This document shows, piece after piece, positions 62,761 through 64,000 of a stretch of 64,000 bases of DNA. Each line of letters starts with the position of its first letter. Positions within the stretch are counted from its first letter, which is position 1. The notes below the pieces were generated by a model. It did no database searches. It saw only the letters and a program-made list of their open reading frames with translations, and was not told the DNA's origin. The translations under genes and the position numbers were made by a program. The stretch comes from Candidatus Shapirobacteria bacterium (lineage in GTDB: Bacteria; Patescibacteriota; Microgenomatia; UBA12405), in contig JBAYIT010000001.1 in the NCBI GenBank assembly GCA_041665485.1, positions 345,399 through 409,398 of the forward strand. The letters are read 5' to 3'.

Positions 62761-63927
62761 TTATAGTGGAGAAAGTTCCAAAAGAACGGCGGAGTTGACG
62801 TCAAGAAAAATTTCGGTTAGATAACGGGTGGTAACGGAAATTTGCTTAGTTGAAGGTTTGCGGGAGGCGGGGTAGAGACTAGTAGTGAGCTGATATTGAC
62901 CGGGAGAAATACCAGTGATAGCCAAAGGAACTGTTTCGGCGTGAGTTTGACGAGGATCATAATTAACTAAAAGTATTCTAGTGACACTGCCGTCTTGAGC
63001 AGAGAGAGAGGTAACCCAACTGCCATCGCCGGTGGTGGCGAGGCGTTCTCCAGAGAGGTTATTGAGAAGCTCTATCGCTTGAAAACGGGGTTTAGGAGTG
63101 GCTTTGGAATTGGGGTGAGTGATCATGCCCCAGCCGGTGGATTTATCACTTCGGGGGGAGGGGCCGTCGACGGCTTCAAAGGGAAAAATACGATGGACTT
63201 TGCCGGCAAGTTGAGTGGTAAGAGAGAGGAGATGGATGCCGGAAAGATGGTTGTCGTACCAGGGGTCGGGCTCGGAATTGGGGCCGATTTCAGTGATAAG
63301 ACGTTCAATATTTGAATACTGTGGGTAATCAGTAAGAATTAGATTTAATTTGTCAAAATCGGCAATAAAGTCGTCGATGTTTTTGGAATAGCGATGCCAG
63401 GAAAGAAAATCAAGGCGAAGATGGTTGTCGGCAGTAGTTTTTAAAAGCGAGGTGATCCAATTGGGGTAAAAGCCGGTAGTGGCCGGGCCACCAATCTTGT
63501 ATGGAGAGTTGCCGGCCCCTTGGGCAACTGCCTTGGCGGTTTGAAGATAAAGAGTGGAGTAGGAAGGGGAACGGCTGTAATGCCAGCCACCAAAAAGGTC
63601 GGGCTCGTTCCAAACTTCGTAATAGATGTTGGGAATGTTTTGGTCGACACTATAGCGTTTGGCGGTGGCAGAAACGAGCTGAAACCAAAGATTCCAGTCT
63701 TTGGGCTCGCCGGCATTTTGGCCGGTTTTACTCATATCGGCGGTGGTATAAGAAATAGAGAGGAGGGGAGTGGCGCCGGTTAAGAGAATACTATTGACAA
63801 CTTTGTCGAGTTTGGAAAAGTCGTAGTTGCCCGGGCCCTGATAAACCTGGTAATAGTCAAATAAGTGATCGACGCGGATTAATTCGGGCTGAAGTTGGCG
63901 AACTAGAGGGAAAATAGGGCCGATCAT
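62761..63927 (-). CDS. glycoside hydrolase, GH39/GH5-like (TIM-barrel) family
   Basis: YYEVWNEPDL (acid/base Glu) and ITEIGP (nucleophile Glu) are spaced as in GH39-type beta-xylosidase/iduronidase-like enzymes. A TGA stop lies immediately upstream of the ATG at 63927. Confidence 0.5.
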   Translation of the reverse strand: MIGPIFPLVRQLQPELIRVDHLFDYYQVYQGPGNYDFSKLDKVVNSILLTGATPLLSISYTTADMSKTGQNAGEPKDWNLWFQLVSATAKRYSVDQNIPNIYYEVWNEPDLFGGWHYSRSPSYSTLYLQTAKAVAQGAGNSPYKIGGPATTGFYPNWITSLLKTTADNHLRLDFLSWHRYSKNIDDFIADFDKLNLILTDYPQYSNIERLITEIGPNSEPDPWYDNHLSGIHLLSLTTQLAGKVHRIFPFEAVDGPSPRSDKSTGWGMITHPNSKATPKPRFQAIELLNNLSGERLATTGDGSWVTSLSAQDGSVTRILLVNYDPRQTHAETVPLAITGISPGQYQLTTSLYPASRKPSTKQISVTTRYLTEIFLDVNSAVLLELSPL

Positions 63928-64000
63928 GTCAACTGGCTCCTCGCCACCTTGAGCAAGATTACGCCAAAGAGAGGGGTTTATACTGCCTTGAGGAGAGGAA

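Noticed and set aside
1-64000. Alternative genetic code (for example UGA recoding as in some CPR lineages)
   Set aside because: Long conserved genes such as topA, sufB and glyA terminate at TGA, TAA or TAG in the expected places and contain no internal TGA. The standard bacterial code fits. The single in-frame TAA in the surface protein is isolated.

Overview
The window is a gene-dense bacterial chromosomal segment. Coding strands are strongly G-rich, and TGA, TAA and TAG all act as stops, so the standard bacterial code applies. Recognisable content, in order:

- Positions 1-17485 hold a dTMP and deoxynucleotide supercluster: class II B12-dependent RNR (partial), PduO-type adenosyltransferase, ThyA, a DHFR-like protein, dCMP deaminase, a nucleoside deoxyribosyltransferase-like protein, dCTP deaminase, Tmk and GlyA.
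- An LPXTG surface protein and a sugar nucleotidyltransferase follow.
- Next is a frameshifted IS200/RAYT-type transposase remnant with an internal 24-bp tandem array, beside tRNA-Ala and tRNA-Trp.
- Then come a CAP-domain protein, an S41 peptidase, an NfeD/SPFH pair, and a roughly 1000-aa Pro/Thr-rich surface protein interrupted by a single in-frame TAA.
- The next block is an EpmA-like protein, a radical SAM/SPASM enzyme translationally coupled to rpmG, an SGNH hydrolase, HPF, and a BASS-like transporter.
- tRNA-Ser and tRNA-Thr are followed by a complete sufCBDSU operon and a second tRNA-Thr.
- After that are a GT28 glycosyltransferase, an M50 peptidase, rpmB, fmt, def, and a Wzy-like/TPR membrane protein.
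- Then two hypothetical genes (a PPP-phosphatase-like one and an HExxH one), mreB, mrdA, dprA and topA.
- Next is a TraG/VirD4-like P-loop ATPase with small downstream ORFs and a divergent block of G/V/R-rich hypothetical genes.
- The window ends with rpsB, tsf, frr, an Avd-like four-helix-bundle gene, rseP and a GH39-like hydrolase.

Small genome style, LPXTG protein, short EF-Ts, class II RNR and many unknowns are compatible with a reduced Gram-positive-like lineage such as CPR/Patescibacteria. That placement is inference only.

The most unusual content is non-genic:

- Several families of short repeats, mostly 7-bp-unit tandem arrays, are repeatedly inserted in-frame inside conserved genes and also lie in intergenic DNA.
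- A REP/MITE-like palindromic element has five copies, one of them in-frame inside the ATPase gene.
- An 85-bp palindromic element found downstream of genes shows compensatory changes between copies.
- A conserved roughly 80-bp upstream module carries three 21-bp-phased GTCAGGA direct repeats plus a promoter-like spacing. It precedes three hypothetical genes, one of them directly downstream of a P-loop plus OmpR-type winged-helix regulator gene.
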